Sequence record: OL744216.1
DNA length: 64,000 nucleotides
Source: Enterobacter phage vB_ExiM_F4M1E
Strand: one strand, 5' to 3'
In this document: positions 16,982 to 25,680 of the stretch, in pieces
How the letters are laid out: each line of letters starts with the position of its first letter
Numbering within the stretch: position 1 is the first letter of the stretch
Notes under the pieces: generated by a model
Database searches by the model: none
What the model was told of the DNA's origin: nothing
The model's input: the letters and a program-made list of their open reading frames with translations, nothing else
Program-made: the position numbers and the translations under genes

Positions 16982-17188
16982 TTACGGAACCTGTGTGCAA
17001 CTAGCATTGGGACTGCCTTGCATCAATCGGCAGATCATTGTCTTTTCAGATGTCTTCGTGACGATGTAATCCGGACAGGCAATGATCGTTGCACCACCAC
17101 CGTGGTCATGTATGGTACACTTATTCAGGTCCTTTTCCGCATTGACCCCGAAGGCCAGAACTGCCAACAAAATAATCAACTTTTTCAT
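16982..17188 (-). CDS. small secreted Cys-containing protein (68 aa)
   Basis: N-terminal signal peptide MKKLIILLAVLAFGVNA; 4 Cys; HGGG motif shared with the ORF at 46755. Confidence 0.45.
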   Translation of the reverse strand: MKKLIILLAVLAFGVNAEKDLNKCTIHDHGGGATIIACPDYIVTKTSEKTMICRLMQGSPNASCTQVP

Positions 17189-17237
17189 AGCTTTTTACCC
17201 AACATGCATCCGATCCAAAAACAACACCCGATCCAAA

Positions 17238-17552
17238 CTACTGAGAAGATTGCTGCTGCGATGTACGGTCCAACCATTCATCATACTCCTTCTGCAAACC
17301 ATCAAGGGTTGAGTTCACGATAAGAGGCTCTCCCTCCACCGGATCAATAACATACAGAGCGCCGGATACGTTGTCAACCTCTTCCATCATCTTTTTGATT
17401 TCCGGGCGGTTGAAAACATCATACGGCAAGCCGTGGTAGGCTGTCTGCAACATTGTTTTGCAGTCTCGCGCCCAACCTGTATGCCAAGCATCCCCGTTTT
17501 GATCCACAATAAACATCTGGACAGTGACGAATTTACTCATCAGTTTTCCCAC
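17238..17552 (-). CDS. hypothetical protein (104 aa)
   Basis: ORF. Confidence 0.5.
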   Translation of the reverse strand: MGKLMSKFVTVQMFIVDQNGDAWHTGWARDCKTMLQTAYHGLPYDVFNRPEIKKMMEEVDNVSGALYVIDPVEGEPLIVNSTLDGLQKEYDEWLDRTSQQQSSQ

Positions 17553-17800
17553 CCAATCTTTTTGGATTCAACAACTTCCATGTTTTTATAGTTCACAATC
17601 TGGTATCCTCCCAGAACCGTCCCGTGATCCGCAACCATCGCACGGGCTTGGTTCAGTGATAGAGCCATACCGATGAAGTCGTTGAACCCACCCGCCGGGT
17701 AGTACGTATCAAACGCAAACACCAAGAACATCCCAACCTCGTTGTGGTTAGCCGCTGCGGTAAGTGCTTGCGGGGTGATTTCTTTAGTCATTTCGAGCAT
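17540..17800 (-). CDS. hypothetical protein (86 aa)
   Basis: ORF. Confidence 0.45.
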   Translation of the reverse strand: MLEMTKEITPQALTAAANHNEVGMFLVFAFDTYYPAGGFNDFIGMALSLNQARAMVADHGTVLGGYQIVNYKNMEVVESKKIGWEN

Positions 17801-17803
17801 AAT

Positions 17804-18103
17804 TTAGTCCTCGTCCCAGTTAATCTTGCTGGCCCGGTGGCAAATTAACAACCGGGTCGCCTCTGTTTGTTTACCTTCGCCCAAGAGTGTATTGTAATCT
17901 CGGCTGAACTGCAAGTCTTTTATGACCTCTTCCAACTTTGGTTGCAGGACTTCCATCAGGATGTCCGCCTTTTCGGGATACAACGTCTCAAAAAGGTTCC
18001 ACCCTGCGTCGGTGTCTTCCTCCCCCTCGCTGAAGAACTCCTCTCGGAGTTCAGGAGACATGGCATGAACCAGGAGAGAAGAGTATCTGGTGTATTTTCC
18101 CAT
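17804..18103 (-). CDS. hypothetical acidic protein (99 aa)
   Basis: ORF. Confidence 0.5.
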   Translation of the reverse strand: MGKYTRYSSLLVHAMSPELREEFFSEGEEDTDAGWNLFETLYPEKADILMEVLQPKLEEVIKDLQFSRDYNTLLGEGKQTEATRLLICHRASKINWDED

Positions 18104-18106
18104 CAG

Positions 18107-18276
18107 CTACGCGCCTTGTGCAAAAGGCCGATGATAAAAGCGCCAACAAGGCCAAAGAACAGGCCGTTAACTACTGCCTGTGGCGTCGTCATTTGGCCCA
18201 AATACGCACCAAGCCCGCCAATCAGGGATACCATGCCAATGATAAATGCTTTCTCTGCGGTGGATACCTTTTTCAT
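18107..18276 (-). CDS. small membrane protein (~56 aa)
   Basis: manual translation MKKVSTAEKAFIIGMVSLIGGLGAYLGQMTTPQAVVNGLFFGLVGAFIIGLLHKAR; not in the track (<60 aa). Confidence 0.4.
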
Positions 18277-18330
18277 CTCTATCTCCTGTTTTGTTTGATA
18301 GGACCCATCATACAGGGTCCTGAGTGGATG

Positions 18331-18789
18331 TCAATCGTTTTCGAAAGCATTTAATGCCTGAAGTTCTTTCCAGGCTGTCATCCATGCCTGCTTGATCCGA
18401 GAATGCTCTTTAGGGTGTGCGATCTCCAACAAACGAAGCTCATCCCGGGTAATATTTCGCTCATCCTCAAAAAACTCCATAGCCTCGTCAGAAAGGTAAG
18501 CCGTAAAGACGATCTCTTTGAACTTTATCGTCCTGTTCCTCGACGTCGGAGGATCTACGATGACTTGGGTTCCAGTTGTTGTGATAGTTGGGGACGGAGT
18601 TTTCATCAAGTCCCTCATGATCTTTTCCCACTCCCTCGCCTTAATGTCCGAAGGGGGAGGTGTCCACGGTTGATGGATATTCGGAGATGTGTGCCCGTCC
18701 CCAACTCTCCACGGCCCTCCGATCCCAATTGTTCCATTACCCATCAATGAAGAATTGATTTGGTCCTTCAGGTTCTTAGATTCACTCAT
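18331..18789 (-). CDS. hypothetical protein (152 aa)
   Basis: ORF. Confidence 0.5.
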   Translation of the reverse strand: MSESKNLKDQINSSLMGNGTIGIGGPWRVGDGHTSPNIHQPWTPPPSDIKAREWEKIMRDLMKTPSPTITTTGTQVIVDPPTSRNRTIKFKEIVFTAYLSDEAMEFFEDERNITRDELRLLEIAHPKEHSRIKQAWMTAWKELQALNAFEND

Positions 18790-19186
18790 CTGGCATCATC
18801 TCCCCAAGTTCAAATGCCCGGTATGCCCGGCGATTGTTCCACTCTTCCGCCCACGACTCTCGGATCGATTTCCACTCTTGCTCATCCACCATCTTGATAA
18901 ATGCCAGTTCATCACCATTAAGCTCTGTAGCATCCTCAATCATGGCGAAGGTTTCTGGTTTCAACCGGACCTTAAATGGAAGCCCGGCATACGATAAAAC
19001 ATAAAGCTCCGTGTGGACACCCATAGGGCCGGGGGTCCCGGACACCCCTGCATCCCCTCTTGGACCCGACGTCCCATTTACCCTTGTCACAACCCCTGTT
19101 GTCGCATCGTAGCGAAGGTGACCCGCCTGTAATTCCCGACGAATCCTATCCGCTGCGCTGGGGCTAATATTTCGCTTTTGGCCCAT
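18782..19186 (-). CDS. hypothetical protein with short collagen-like motif (~134 aa)
   Basis: internal start MGQKRNIS chosen to avoid a 256-nt overlap; GTSGPRGDAGVSGTPGPMG. Confidence 0.4.
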   Translation of the reverse strand: MGQKRNISPSAADRIRRELQAGHLRYDATTGVVTRVNGTSGPRGDAGVSGTPGPMGVHTELYVLSYAGLPFKVRLKPETFAMIEDATELNGDELAFIKMVDEQEWKSIRESWAEEWNNRRAYRAFELGEMMPDE

Positions 19187-19637
19187 TATATTTCTCCAGT
19201 AAAAGACGATCAGCTTCATCCAAAGCCCCGGCAAACAGGGGCACCATCGGGGCAAGATCTGCGTACAAGACCTCGAACATTGCCACCTCTCCTTCGTCCA
19301 CATTATGGGTGTCCAAGAAGATTTCTTCGATCGATAATCGCTCCGTGTCGTTCCGTCCAAAGGCATGATAAACCAAACGATCACCTTTCTCCGGGCAGGT
19401 TCTCCATTGGAGAAGGCCACTCATACTCTTGGTCCACAGCCGGAGATCTCCGTTCTTCATCTCGTGACGCATGGTAAACTCACGGTTGGTATTAGGTCCG
19501 GTAGGAACCTCCAAGGTCAATCCCCGGAACTTACCTTCCAGCCTGGTTACGATCTGCCTTCTAACCGGATCGCCCATAACCGCCTTCCAACTCCAGTCTC
19601 GTGCCAGTCTTTCTATCACATCTTTGATTTCACTCAT
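19164..19637 (-). CDS. hypothetical protein (157 aa)
   Basis: ORF. Confidence 0.5.
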   Translation of the reverse strand: MSEIKDVIERLARDWSWKAVMGDPVRRQIVTRLEGKFRGLTLEVPTGPNTNREFTMRHEMKNGDLRLWTKSMSGLLQWRTCPEKGDRLVYHAFGRNDTERLSIEEIFLDTHNVDEGEVAMFEVLYADLAPMVPLFAGALDEADRLLLEKYNGPKAKY

Positions 19638-19639
19638 TA

Positions 19640-20173
19640 TCAGTCCTTCAGTGGGAAAAATACAGACAGGGTATTAGAACCCGCCGCCTTATCGAGTTTC
19701 CGGATAACACCGAAGAACTCTCGGTTCATATCTATCAACATCTGCTCGTCACCATAAAGCATCTGGAACATATCCAACTCTTCAAATGTCGGACGCCAAG
19801 GATCGTTAAACATCTCCGACATGTGGGTTTTCAATCCTGCCCCGTTATCGTAGATGCAGGAGTTCCCCGTTACTGTTAAACGAGACCGGGATAGCATCAG
19901 CCCGGGAATCTCCAGGCTCACCAATTCACCGGACGCTGGGTCGATATTCGCCTTTACCATCTTCTCGATATCCCAAGAGGAATCAGTCTTGGTCTTCAGG
20001 TAGAACGATGCTCGGCTATCGACATCTATTCCGCGCTCCACCCGGTACTCCAAGAACTTGAAGAAAATCTGGTGCTTCAGCCAGTGGCTCCAGCCGATCC
20101 ACCTGGCACCCTGTCCAAATACCTCACGGGTTATCTCCTCTGATGTCTTTCGCATATTTGTCTCTCCACTCAT
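19640..20173 (-). CDS. hypothetical protein (177 aa)
   Basis: ORF. Confidence 0.5.
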   Translation of the reverse strand: MSGETNMRKTSEEITREVFGQGARWIGWSHWLKHQIFFKFLEYRVERGIDVDSRASFYLKTKTDSSWDIEKMVKANIDPASGELVSLEIPGLMLSRSRLTVTGNSCIYDNGAGLKTHMSEMFNDPWRPTFEELDMFQMLYGDEQMLIDMNREFFGVIRKLDKAAGSNTLSVFFPLKD

Positions 20174-20549
20174 TTAGCTCGTTGCTCGCCAACTGCTTCG
20201 CCCTGAGATCTGACCACAGGTCCTCAAATGCCTTGTAATCTTCAGGGTATGTTGTCTCGAATATCGCCAAATCATCCATGTCCAGATTATCGGGGTCGGG
20301 GAACAATTCAGTGATATCGTGTTCAGACCACAGTGTAACCTCAACACCCTTGTAAGTCAACGTGTATTGATTCTTCCTTACGAAAGGTCCCTGTGGGCCA
20401 GTCATAGACCCCAACCCATTCCATTGCCTGCCGTCCCATGAGTACAGGTCTGACCCGACAATATAAGTGTCCCCGGCTGAAACCGCCTGCGGGGGACAGG
20501 GGAGTTCATGGACCCCGGACAAATAACCTTTTATCACCAACCCGTTCAT
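20124..20549 (-). CDS. hypothetical protein (141 aa)
   Basis: ORF. Confidence 0.5.
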   Translation of the reverse strand: MNGLVIKGYLSGVHELPCPPQAVSAGDTYIVGSDLYSWDGRQWNGLGSMTGPQGPFVRKNQYTLTYKGVEVTLWSEHDITELFPDPDNLDMDDLAIFETTYPEDYKAFEDLWSDLRAKQLASNELNEWRDKYAKDIRGDNP

Positions 20550-20596
20550 ACCACCCCCAAAAAGAAAGGCCGATCGCCTTTCGACGATCGACCCGA

Positions 20597-21040
20597 TTAT
20601 CCAAAGAACAGCACGATGACTGTGACAATGGTGTAGACAACAGCCCCGGCAATCAGAATCATGCCGAATGGCTTGCGTGTGAAACGCCGCAGGCGGGCAA
20701 ACAAGGAGTTCCTTTTCTTATGCTCCACAACAAAATTATTGCAGAGTGTCAGGAAAGCATTGATCTCCCCAGCATGTCCCGTCATAGCGAATGGAGTGTG
20801 CTTCAACTCTCCGGGGTTCGGGACTGCAATCGGACCGGAAGGTGTTTCTACCACCATACCGTGCTGATTTACCCGGTAAGTAACCCCTCGGACCTTATCT
20901 TCAAGGACGTATGCCCTGAATCCCCAAGTGTCCGCCTTGGCCCTGCGGATTGACCCGCACGAGTATTCCAAGCGATCGCCTCGGATCAGGTCGAGGTTAC
21001 CCTCTACCATCGGAAGTTGACGAACGTATGCGTAAAACAT
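20597..21040 (-). CDS. hypothetical protein (147 aa), C-terminal TM segment
   Basis: ORF. Confidence 0.5.
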   Translation of the reverse strand: MFYAYVRQLPMVEGNLDLIRGDRLEYSCGSIRRAKADTWGFRAYVLEDKVRGVTYRVNQHGMVVETPSGPIAVPNPGELKHTPFAMTGHAGEINAFLTLCNNFVVEHKKRNSLFARLRRFTRKPFGMILIAGAVVYTIVTVIVLFFG

Positions 21041-21245
21041 AGTCTTCCTCCCGTTGTAAGATTCCGCACACTCATTTTATCATGTTATGCAAAAATACAA
21101 CAGGAGACTCTTGGCAAAGTTAGCATGTTGTCATTTTACACAACAATTTCTCCGTTTCACATTTAAATTGCTAAAATACATTTTAATACATCGAAAATGC
21201 CTATCGTCGGGATCTGGTCAATAGGCATAACCTTACAGTGAATTT

Positions 21246-21839
21246 TTAGTCAAAAGTGCTTTCGCATTTTTGTTGGAATCTCTCCAGTGCGATCGACGTC
21301 CTTGGTTCTGCCAATCCGGTGCCGTAAACATAGGAATTTCCCCGTAGGGTTTTACGAACTCCGTATGACCCGAGTTCCAAATCTTCGTACATCACATCGA
21401 ACCCATCTGGAGTTTCAACCACTGATGTGGGCAAGGCATAAAATTCCATCAGGAACTTCTTCATCTTCGTTGCGATCCACAGTGCATCGGTACGGGTATA
21501 AAAGTTTCTTTCGTCACTGAGCTTGATCAGTTCCAGCTTGAGGAACACAGGGAGATGTGTCTCATCAAGGATCGGCTCATCCCGGTAACAAGGGGTCAAA
21601 GCCATCCAACGGCCCGGCTTCAGTTTACCTTCTTTCTCTAACTGGAGGAAAGACTGCTCCGCAGATGCCACGACGGTATCATCACCTGCACCATACAATC
21701 GGCTGTCGTGTACGCCCGGCGGGCAGGTGTGAGACATTACATCTGGGTCCACAAGTGCCGGGACCTTCTTGGTCTCGAACCAAAGACCCCACCAATTGGT
21801 GGCGTCCTTGATTAATTGCAGATTCATAGGATATTTCAT
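21246..21839 (-). CDS. hypothetical protein (197 aa)
   Basis: ORF downstream of an AT-rich intergenic region. Confidence 0.5.
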   Translation of the reverse strand: MKYPMNLQLIKDATNWWGLWFETKKVPALVDPDVMSHTCPPGVHDSRLYGAGDDTVVASAEQSFLQLEKEGKLKPGRWMALTPCYRDEPILDETHLPVFLKLELIKLSDERNFYTRTDALWIATKMKKFLMEFYALPTSVVETPDGFDVMYEDLELGSYGVRKTLRGNSYVYGTGLAEPRTSIALERFQQKCESTFD

Positions 21840-21840
21840 A

Positions 21841-22101
21841 TCACCCCCGATATCCGTTTTTGAATGCCCGCTGGGTAATCCCGGAGAACTTCTTTAGGTC
21901 CTCCATCTTAAAGCCGGGGTAGTTTTCTTCCAAGAAGCCCTGCATGGCCCCATAGAGATCAGACATCTCGACAAGAATCATGACGTGGCTACCCTGACGG
22001 TGTGCATCCAGCAGTTCCTCGACCTCCTCTTGAATCTTGCCGAGAGATCCGAAACGGCGTTTTTCTATTTTATCCAAGTGATAACCTGGTTTATTTTCCA
22101 C
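21841..22101 (-). CDS. small MazG-like NTP pyrophosphohydrolase-fold protein (86 aa)
   Basis: EEVEELLDA...EMSDLYGAMQGF helical motif pattern; weak. Confidence 0.35.
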   Translation of the reverse strand: MENKPGYHLDKIEKRRFGSLGKIQEEVEELLDAHRQGSHVMILVEMSDLYGAMQGFLEENYPGFKMEDLKKFSGITQRAFKNGYRG

Positions 22102-22113
22102 AATGTGCCCTCC

Positions 22114-22605
22114 TCACGGACAACAGCGGTCTGACCCGCCGCAGTAATATGACCAGTTCTTACCGTCATAGTAATTTACTGATCCGACTCTTTCACATCT
22201 CTCGCAGCGTTCCTCTCTTACGTAGTAGTCGATGCTGCACGAGTGTGGTCTGTTGAAAGCCTCGATTAGGTCAAAGCATAAGGTTCTTAACCACTGCATC
22301 TGATTATGGTCACAAACCTCCAGCAAGTCAATCTCTTCTTTTCTCGGACGGGCAGGATCTTCGAAATATGGTGTCACAACCGACCCGAGTGCGAGACTGG
22401 TTACCTCACCATCCACCACGTTGTACACAATATCCTCTATGTGGCGGACAGTAACTTCTTCGATTACTTCCTTGCAGGCTTTTCCACCAATGCTTACTTT
22501 CCCATTCCGGATGTTGTCCTCAATCCAACGAATCACCGGGAATTTCTCCCGGTGTGTTTTCATTGACAACAGGTAAGCCATTCTTCCGTTGTTCATTGTT
22601 ACCAT
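22114..22605 (-). CDS. hypothetical Cys-rich protein (163 aa)
   Basis: C-terminal CERCERVGSVNYYDGKNWSYYCGGSDRCC. Confidence 0.45.
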   Translation of the reverse strand: MVTMNNGRMAYLLSMKTHREKFPVIRWIEDNIRNGKVSIGGKACKEVIEEVTVRHIEDIVYNVVDGEVTSLALGSVVTPYFEDPARPRKEEIDLLEVCDHNQMQWLRTLCFDLIEAFNRPHSCSIDYYVREERCERCERVGSVNYYDGKNWSYYCGGSDRCCP

Positions 22606-23750
22606 ACGGAATCCTGAACTTTGAGGATCAGTTCTTCAGCCAAGCGTTTGTTGCTGTTCTTTGGCAACTTACTCTCATGGTACAGAACTTCACGAATCAG
22701 TTTATCCTTGTCTTCCGCCCACTCAACGATATCCTCATAGCTGTGGGTTCCGTTACGGATGCCGAGCAGTTCCTCTGCGTCCGGACGGCGAACGATAACC
22801 TGACCAGTTTCCAAGATTTCCTGTCCCATACGGAGAAGGCGCACCAAGTGCATGGCATGTTTGGTGTCGTAACCGAACTTCTCTTCCAGTTCGTGCCGGG
22901 CGGCGTTACGGTTCTTCACCCACTGCCAGTAGTTGTGATGCTTATCCTTTGCCACCATATGGTCCTGCCGCAGATACTTCACGATGAACAGCGGCGGTTG
23001 CTTCTTCACAGATTCCGGGATCTCGTCGTACTGCAATTTACGGATCGATCCATCCGGGTTGAACATTGGGCCAACATCTTCCCGATGGTCTGGAACGACA
23101 CCGTAGATGTCTGCACCGAATGGCACCAGTGTGCAAACGCCTTCCATGTTGTTCAGCTTACGCATGAAGTCTTCGTGCTTCAACACCTTCACGTCGAGGT
23201 AGCTCTGGACCAAACGGAAGAACTCCAGTTGGGTAGGCTTGGCCTCCGGCATCGGGTTATTGATGTGCTTGTTGTGACCACGAATACGTTTCAACTGGGC
23301 CATTGCATAACCGCCGAAGCGGTAGGCTACGTTTTTGTTCAGCAACTCCGGCAGGAAAGATTTGAGGTAGTCCCACGCCGGGTGCTTGTACAGGGTTGCC
23401 TGATCATCGGTGAAGCCAAGCTCGATGATGTTGGGATTCATGTCGCAGAACAATTCCATGAAGTTGTTCAGTTCATAAACCTTACCATCCTCTTCGTCCT
23501 CAATCCCCATTTCACGGAGAGTGCGGAACGGTGCCCGGATGACTCCCGGGCGGGCAACGATAATGCCACGGATATCGGTATCGCTAGTCGGAGTCGCCGT
23601 CCCATACGCATGAGATCCGGCGAGACATAACATCAGCACCTTCGACACGTCTTTGTGACTTTCCAGTTTCTCGACGATGCTTTTTACCCTTCCATTTGTC
23701 ACAATGGTATTTTCCATTAATCCTCCAGTCGTGCAAATCACAGAGACCAA
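22599..23750 (-). CDS. Pol-beta superfamily nucleotidyltransferase (383 aa)
   Basis: GSHAYGTATPTSDTDIRG matches the hG[GS]x9-13Dx[DE] NTase signature. Confidence 0.55.
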   Translation of the reverse strand: MVSVICTTGGLMENTIVTNGRVKSIVEKLESHKDVSKVLMLCLAGSHAYGTATPTSDTDIRGIIVARPGVIRAPFRTLREMGIEDEEDGKVYELNNFMELFCDMNPNIIELGFTDDQATLYKHPAWDYLKSFLPELLNKNVAYRFGGYAMAQLKRIRGHNKHINNPMPEAKPTQLEFFRLVQSYLDVKVLKHEDFMRKLNNMEGVCTLVPFGADIYGVVPDHREDVGPMFNPDGSIRKLQYDEIPESVKKQPPLFIVKYLRQDHMVAKDKHHNYWQWVKNRNAARHELEEKFGYDTKHAMHLVRLLRMGQEILETGQVIVRRPDAEELLGIRNGTHSYEDIVEWAEDKDKLIREVLYHESKLPKNSNKRLAEELILKVQDSVW

Positions 23751-23804
23751 CCCACCCGGGCTTCTTCACCCGGATGAAATTGTTGCAGTTCGTACAGTCT
23801 TTGG

Positions 23805-24206
23805 TTAGAGACATTTTACCCCGTAGACAATTAGCGCGATCACCATCCCACTTGTGTAGATTGCACCGAAGACATGTTGACCGTAAGTGAACGTTTTGGT
23901 CTTACCTGCATTGGCGATCCCCAGAATGTATCCCACGATGATCGATGCCCAGTGAACAATCAGGATGCCAAGGCTCAGTGCGCCAGGAGACCAAATGTAC
24001 AGCGAGTACGAAAGGTACGCTGCAAAGATACCCATCAAGGTCTTAAAGAGAAGAGACCCGGCACCCAGCGTCCGCTGTTCGAACTTCAATGCTTCCGGCT
24101 TAATGCTTTCTAAGAAGAGCATCAGACCCAAGCTGATTACATTCAGGCTCGCGCCCAAGCAGAAGATTACCATAAGAACGATGTACTGCCAAGTTGGTGC
24201 CAACAT
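23805..24206 (-). CDS. integral membrane protein (133 aa, ~4 TM)
   Basis: hydrophobic profile. Confidence 0.5.
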   Translation of the reverse strand: MLAPTWQYIVLMVIFCLGASLNVISLGLMLFLESIKPEALKFEQRTLGAGSLLFKTLMGIFAAYLSYSLYIWSPGALSLGILIVHWASIIVGYILGIANAGKTKTFTYGQHVFGAIYTSGMVIALIVYGVKCL

Positions 24207-24607
24207 TATAATTGCTCCTCATAAATATCAGTGATGAGGTCAGAGACCTCGAAAGGTTCTAACTCTTCGACGTTAATCAGGCGTTTCAGGCGCTCAATAA
24301 CGAAGTCCTTCTTCACAAACACATCCGACAGGTGTGCAATGTCCTGCTTCCCACGCATCCCGCTGACCAACTGCTTGTACCGGATGTGCTCATAATACTC
24401 TTCCCGGGTGATGTCTGTCAACATGTTTCCATCTTCCAGTCGCAGAAAGACGATGCCGTGGTCCCAGTCGAATCCGCTGTGGGCAGAGTCTACACCGACA
24501 CGTGGTGTTCCGCCAATGGTCACGAAACCTTTGTCGATCTGTACCGCCACTTTGTCTTCCGGGTTGCATTTCTGCAACTGCTCAATCAACTCTTTAACTT
24601 TTATCAT
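24206..24607 (-). CDS. hypothetical protein (133 aa)
   Basis: ORF. Confidence 0.5.
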   Translation of the reverse strand: MIKVKELIEQLQKCNPEDKVAVQIDKGFVTIGGTPRVGVDSAHSGFDWDHGIVFLRLEDGNMLTDITREEYYEHIRYKQLVSGMRGKQDIAHLSDVFVKKDFVIERLKRLINVEELEPFEVSDLITDIYEEQL

Positions 24608-24903
24608 TTGCCAACCTTACAGAAATGTGCCAAGGCCAAGCCGATCAGGGACAGAACTGCCGCTGCCAAGATGAACGGTAAAAAGAACGGCAGTATTGTC
24701 AGCAGTACCGGGGTGATGAAGCCAAGAACGGCACCAACCAACGATCCCAGCATGGCCCCATTTTCACGATTGTAACTCGGTTCCCCGGCAAGGGCCAAGA
24801 GTACCACCCCCAACCATACCAAGACGCCGATTATCGCCCATACCCACCCGATCATCACGACACTACCGATGGCGTTCGAGGCCGCAACCATTAAATCAAA
24901 CAT
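24604..24903 (-). CDS. small membrane protein (99 aa)
   Basis: hydrophobic. Confidence 0.45.
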   Translation of the reverse strand: MFDLMVAASNAIGSVVMIGWVWAIIGVLVWLGVVLLALAGEPSYNRENGAMLGSLVGAVLGFITPVLLTILPFFLPFILAAAVLSLIGLALAHFCKVGK

Positions 24904-24904
24904 A

Positions 24905-25360
24905 TTAACCCCTTTTAAGATGGAACTTTTTCAGTTCGACGATGAAATTACGTTCTGTTTCCGTAAAGTCTACCCAGCGGCAGTAATCGCCCTCGGCAAA
25001 GTACCCCGCCGGGGCCTTCCCGTCCTCATCCAACTTCACGTCGTAGAAGTGATCCGGGAGAACAAAGGCCACTGCGGTCAGCGCTCCGTTCAGTGCATCC
25101 TCTTCCTCGTGGAAGTAGGCATAAGGGATGGAATTTGGAATCTTGTCCGCAAATTCATACATACGCTGCTGGTATCCACCATCCAGTACGATGAAGGTTT
25201 TGTCCTTTTTGAGCCATTGCTCAATCATCTTCATCTTCGGATTGTCCCGAGGCTCATCCCAATATTCAGCCATCAGTTCGCAAGCTGCGTGTCCGGCCTG
25301 GATACCCGATTGGATACCCATGATATACTGATTCACCAAGAAATACATGCGGGTCTTCAC
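24905..25360 (-). CDS. PTH2-like (peptidyl-tRNA hydrolase 2 fold) protein, tentative
   Basis: MYFLVNQYIMGIQSGIQAGHAACEL resembles the PTH2 core (hhLVxxxDLxMGxGKxAAQCSHA); IEQWLKKDKTFIVLDGG. Confidence 0.35.
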   Translation of the reverse strand: MKTRMYFLVNQYIMGIQSGIQAGHAACELMAEYWDEPRDNPKMKMIEQWLKKDKTFIVLDGGYQQRMYEFADKIPNSIPYAYFHEEEDALNGALTAVAFVLPDHFYDVKLDEDGKAPAGYFAEGDYCRWVDFTETERNFIVELKKFHLKRG

Positions 25361-25680
25361 TCTTTACCTCCGAAAATTTTACGGGCCAATTCCTCATTGC
25401 CGATTGTGTGGTTCCAAATCCAGCAGACGATTTCGATAATCCAAGCCACAACATAAAACAGAATCAGCAGGCCCCAACCTAGAGGCCACAACACCGCCAT
25501 CAGGACCCATCCAAGCATCAGTAGGCTCCAGTCCACATTTTTGTGGTTCAGCGGATCAAGCAGATTCCCGTCAAATTTACGAGGCATCTGGATATACCAC
25601 CCACGCTGGCGGAGTTTGATGCCTAAAAACCAAAGCACGGCACTAATACAGACGCCAAGTAGGTAAATTTGAATCGTCAT
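25357..25680 (-). CDS. small membrane protein (107 aa)
   Basis: hydrophobic. Confidence 0.45.
   Translation of the reverse strand: MTIQIYLLGVCISAVLWFLGIKLRQRGWYIQMPRKFDGNLLDPLNHKNVDWSLLMLGWVLMAVLWPLGWGLLILFYVVAWIIEIVCWIWNHTIGNEELARKIFGGKE

Noticed and set aside
22554-23630. 358-aa plus-strand ORF
   Set aside because: Antisense to the 383-aa NTase, which carries a clear GS...D.D motif. The plus ORF has no motifs and unusual composition.
23584-23814. 76-aa minus ORF overlapping the NTase start
   Set aside because: Only about 21 codons lie outside the NTase coding region. Likely an alternative-frame artefact, though a short zinc-finger peptide cannot be excluded.
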